DNA from: a virus
Lineage: Duplodnaviria > Caudoviricetes
Length of the DNA stretch: 64,000 nucleotides
Virus record (IMG/VR): IMGVR_UViG_3300005611_000013
Coordinates: 9,082-73,081 of that record
Reading direction: 5' to 3' (one strand)
Under the pieces are notes generated by a model. That model had not been told where the DNA came from and ran no database searches. It saw only the letters and a program-made list of their open reading frames with translations. Of the stretch, positions 62,401-64,000 are shown piece after piece; position 1 is the stretch's first letter; each line of letters starts with the position of its first letter. Both the position numbers and the translations under genes were made by a program.

Positions 62401-64000
62401 GCTGGTCTTACCGCTTTTATGGGTTGGGACACAAGCGAGAGTGAATTTTCACTATTAAGCTCTGGCGTTGCACAAAATAGTTCAGGAAATTACATTCCCG
62501 GTACTTATGGTAATTTACACATTGGCGGGCTAATAGCCACAACGGCAAACTTCTCCTCCACTATAGATGCGGCGAATCTTGGGGCTGGCGTAGATAACAG
62601 CGTCGTTATTTTGGATAGCGACGGTAAACTTCGCACAGACGAGATTGACAGTAGGGTTTGGGGTACTAGCCTTGTTGATGGCGGTGGTGTGGATGGTCAC
62701 GTTGCGTTCTGGACAGATAATAATACGTTAAGTTATGATAGTAATCAGTTGGTTTGGGATAGTACTAATAATAGGTTAGGTATTGGTGGAGCTTCCCCTA
62801 ATTATTCGTTAGATACTGCATTAAATAGCATAGCTAGAATTGGCAGACAAATATTAAAAAGCTCATCATTTTTCTTAGGTAGTACAACAGATACTTATAT
62901 AGGCACAATAGATACAAGCTCTAATGGAGATGGTGCCGCTGTTGAAATTACAACATATAATACCAACACCAATGTGTGGAGAACTATTAAGTTAATACTG
63001 AAGAATGTGAGTGGCACAAATAGCGAATTTGACTATTCCATAATGGGAAGCGACGGAAATTCTAGCCTGTCTTTAAAATACATCAATAGATCTGGAGACG
63101 CTTCCAAAACAGATTTATTTATTAGTAACTCTACGGCGTTCTCATACACACACTATGTATCTGTCAACTGCCCAACATCAAGTTACTCCGCATCATTTAT
63201 TGAAGATACTGGATATACTGCCGCCGGTGCTAATTCTATTGACTTAGACAGTAATATCTCTTTTGCTATTAAAAGCGATGGTAGTGTTGGTATTGGAACG
63301 GCTACTCCGTCAACAAAACTAGACGTTAGCGGCGTCATTACAGCAACTGGCGGGAATTCTAACGAGTGGAACGAGGCTTATGATTGGATTCAGGCTTCCG
63401 GTCTAGACGGAACTGGCTCTGCTAGCGGAGTGGCATTTTGGACTGATTCCAACACATTGTCTAATGACAGTGCGTTAATTTGGGATAGTACGAATAATAA
63501 ACTTGGAATTGGAATCAGCAACGCCGCTGCTGGAACACCTTTATGGGTTTACACAACAGATGCGACGAATTTCACAAGAATAGAATCAGCGACTCAACAA
63601 GGAATTTTATTTAGTAGATCAAATGTTAATAGTTGGCTTATTGGAAGAGACGGAAACAATAAATTTCATATTACTTACAACAATGCTTTTGGTACTAATG
63701 ATAGAATTACAATAGACACAGCGGGTAATATTGGCATTGGAACGGCTACGCCGGGATCAAAATTAGAAGTTTTTTCTGCTGGTTACTTTTCTGTAGATCC
63801 GGCTGCTAGTCCATTGGTTTATATTAAAAACAATACAGCCACAAATTCTACAACCGGAACTGCTGAGTTACTTTTCAGACAAGCCCTTAATAGTGCTGGT
63901 GGAAAGATTGTATCGGGAAGAGATGGTTTATATGTAGACACAACTAGCAGAAATTCTAATCTACAATTTTATACAACCACTAATGCTTTTGATACAGAGA
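59455..64000 (+). CDS. Long tail-fibre protein (>1500 aa, 3'-truncated)
   Basis: Manual: ATG at 59455 (MQNITLQTSD), with the frame still open at the window end (LQFYTTTNAFDTE); repeated GNVGIGTxSP modules. Confidence 0.8.
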   Translation, partial: MQNITLQTSDSGLTANEKLGRLSFAASNESSGSDSILVAASVYAMAESEFTVSSNATSIVFSTASSEEAVDKLKITSGGHFIPVTNNVYDIGSSTNNFRNVYATSGVFDIVSFDTNIEPDLLKGQMSWNDTEGTVNIALTDTVDIHIGEHSFFRVRNETGGVLYKGQVVYASGVHANGIILPDLYVADATVREVRFMGFMLESLNNNNNGYAIQFGHIKEIDTRGSVASNIAVGDETWADGDLLYVHPTVPGKLTNVEPKHSIIAAIILDAANNGSIFVRPISYGHLSDNHDVDVEGLVNNNFLVWNSDTEYWHPSSGLTYNDSSIYIDGNLFVNGSGIISDIAIVDNTISSLSGDLLLFPECSGYVGVNTNDPNSMLHVYSSTSGDNVFNVEGTNGSLFSVVDNLSGTLMSVNTIAGLPVFQVNSDYSIVGGRFNQNDFVITTSGDVGIGTASPSEKLHVAGDVQIDGGGGTIAGATFDNGLLKIGTSSNGISIDTNEIYGATDLYLGSLDSAYAIVFRHGVTERMRVASGGNVGIGTTSPEQKLHINDGNVKVENVTNPTIEYDNGSAVKAKTYYDTTNETFVLKHNSVSGDEQLVLTSGGNVGVGTNSPNAILHAYGSTPSGTVFNVEGTNGSLFSVVDNLSGVLMSVNNNAGLPVFEVYDDDSIIAGRFAQNDFVITSSGDIGMGTASPSGKLDIRYPANDGMFLVKDTDSTDGVFIGDIGSSVYQGIKHISHTGANDFWIRASTDGDTIFSSKASTNLYLRSGGNNSNSEILLTSTEVIVNNNSSNLDFRVESNNNANMLFVDGVTDRVGIGTGSPGAPLEVKVNRTSSTNASVLILSDNVTGAQTNGVYKAIRSLSNNGASRSEIRFLETDGTNNNTSIAFATAPSAASLDERMRISNNGNVGIGITSPTSKLHVAGDGNITGNVIVGGNLTILGTTVTADVDRMEVEDPIITLGLASGNVVTDTNLDRGLALTRSAGLTAFMGWDTSESEFSLLSSGVAQNSSGNYIPGTYGNLHIGGLIATTANFSSTIDAANLGAGVDNSVVILDSDGKLRTDEIDSRVWGTSLVDGGGVDGHVAFWTDNNTLSYDSNQLVWDSTNNRLGIGGASPNYSLDTALNSIARIGRQILKSSSFFLGSTTDTYIGTIDTSSNGDGAAVEITTYNTNTNVWRTIKLILKNVSGTNSEFDYSIMGSDGNSSLSLKYINRSGDASKTDLFISNSTAFSYTHYVSVNCPTSSYSASFIEDTGYTAAGANSIDLDSNISFAIKSDGSVGIGTATPSTKLDVSGVITATGGNSNEWNEAYDWIQASGLDGTGSASGVAFWTDSNTLSNDSALIWDSTNNKLGIGISNAAAGTPLWVYTTDATNFTRIESATQQGILFSRSNVNSWLIGRDGNNKFHITYNNAFGTNDRITIDTAGNIGIGTATPGSKLEVFSAGYFSVDPAASPLVYIKNNTATNSTTGTAELLFRQALNSAGGKIVSGRDGLYVDTTSRNSNLQFYTTTNAFDTE

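Noticed and set aside
1253-62432. Many short antisense or off-frame ORFs in the supplied track (e.g. 1729-2016, 9049-9498, 24007-24441, 46694-47044, 62016-62432)
   Set aside because: They lie over well-supported genes or motif-rich intergenic DNA and have no recognisable motifs.
1-64000. Stop-codon reassignment
   Set aside because: Conserved genes (gmd, terL, thyX, rIIA) are full length under the standard code, and TAA, TAG and TGA all serve as stops.

Overview
A 64-kb segment of a large tailed dsDNA phage (Caudoviricetes), standard genetic code. Everything left of ~37.5 kb is transcribed on the minus strand except two HNH genes. 1-24 kb holds nucleotide-metabolism and auxiliary genes: dCMP deaminase, a GMP reductase fractured by a split intein plus free-standing HNH, rIIA/rIIB, and an intein-containing ThyX. 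It also carries a tmRNA, a methyltransferase with a possible REase partner, and a tRNA cluster that includes a group I intron in tRNA-Leu(UAA). 24-37.5 kb is a low-coding-density, early-type region of tiny ORFs embedded in a dense, regular lattice of regulatory motifs: about 23 consensus sigma70 promoters; nine loci of 29-bp CGTAAGT-N15-ACTTACG palindromes, eight of them paired 53 bp apart; clusters of opposed sigma54 -24/-12 sites; a phased enhancer-like triple palindrome; and many TGWAC-N4-GTWCA (SOS-box-like) sites. This lattice is the most unusual thing in the window. It also contains tRNA-Ile(UAU) and a D-arm-less, pseudoknotted tRNA-Tyr-like RNA. Right of 37.6 kb, plus-strand late genes follow: sigma factor, Gmd, ClpP, terminase, portal, protease/scaffold, capsid and long tail-fibre genes, preceded by a recurring GTGTATWA late-promoter motif. 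All calls are by eye from sequence motifs; no searches were run.
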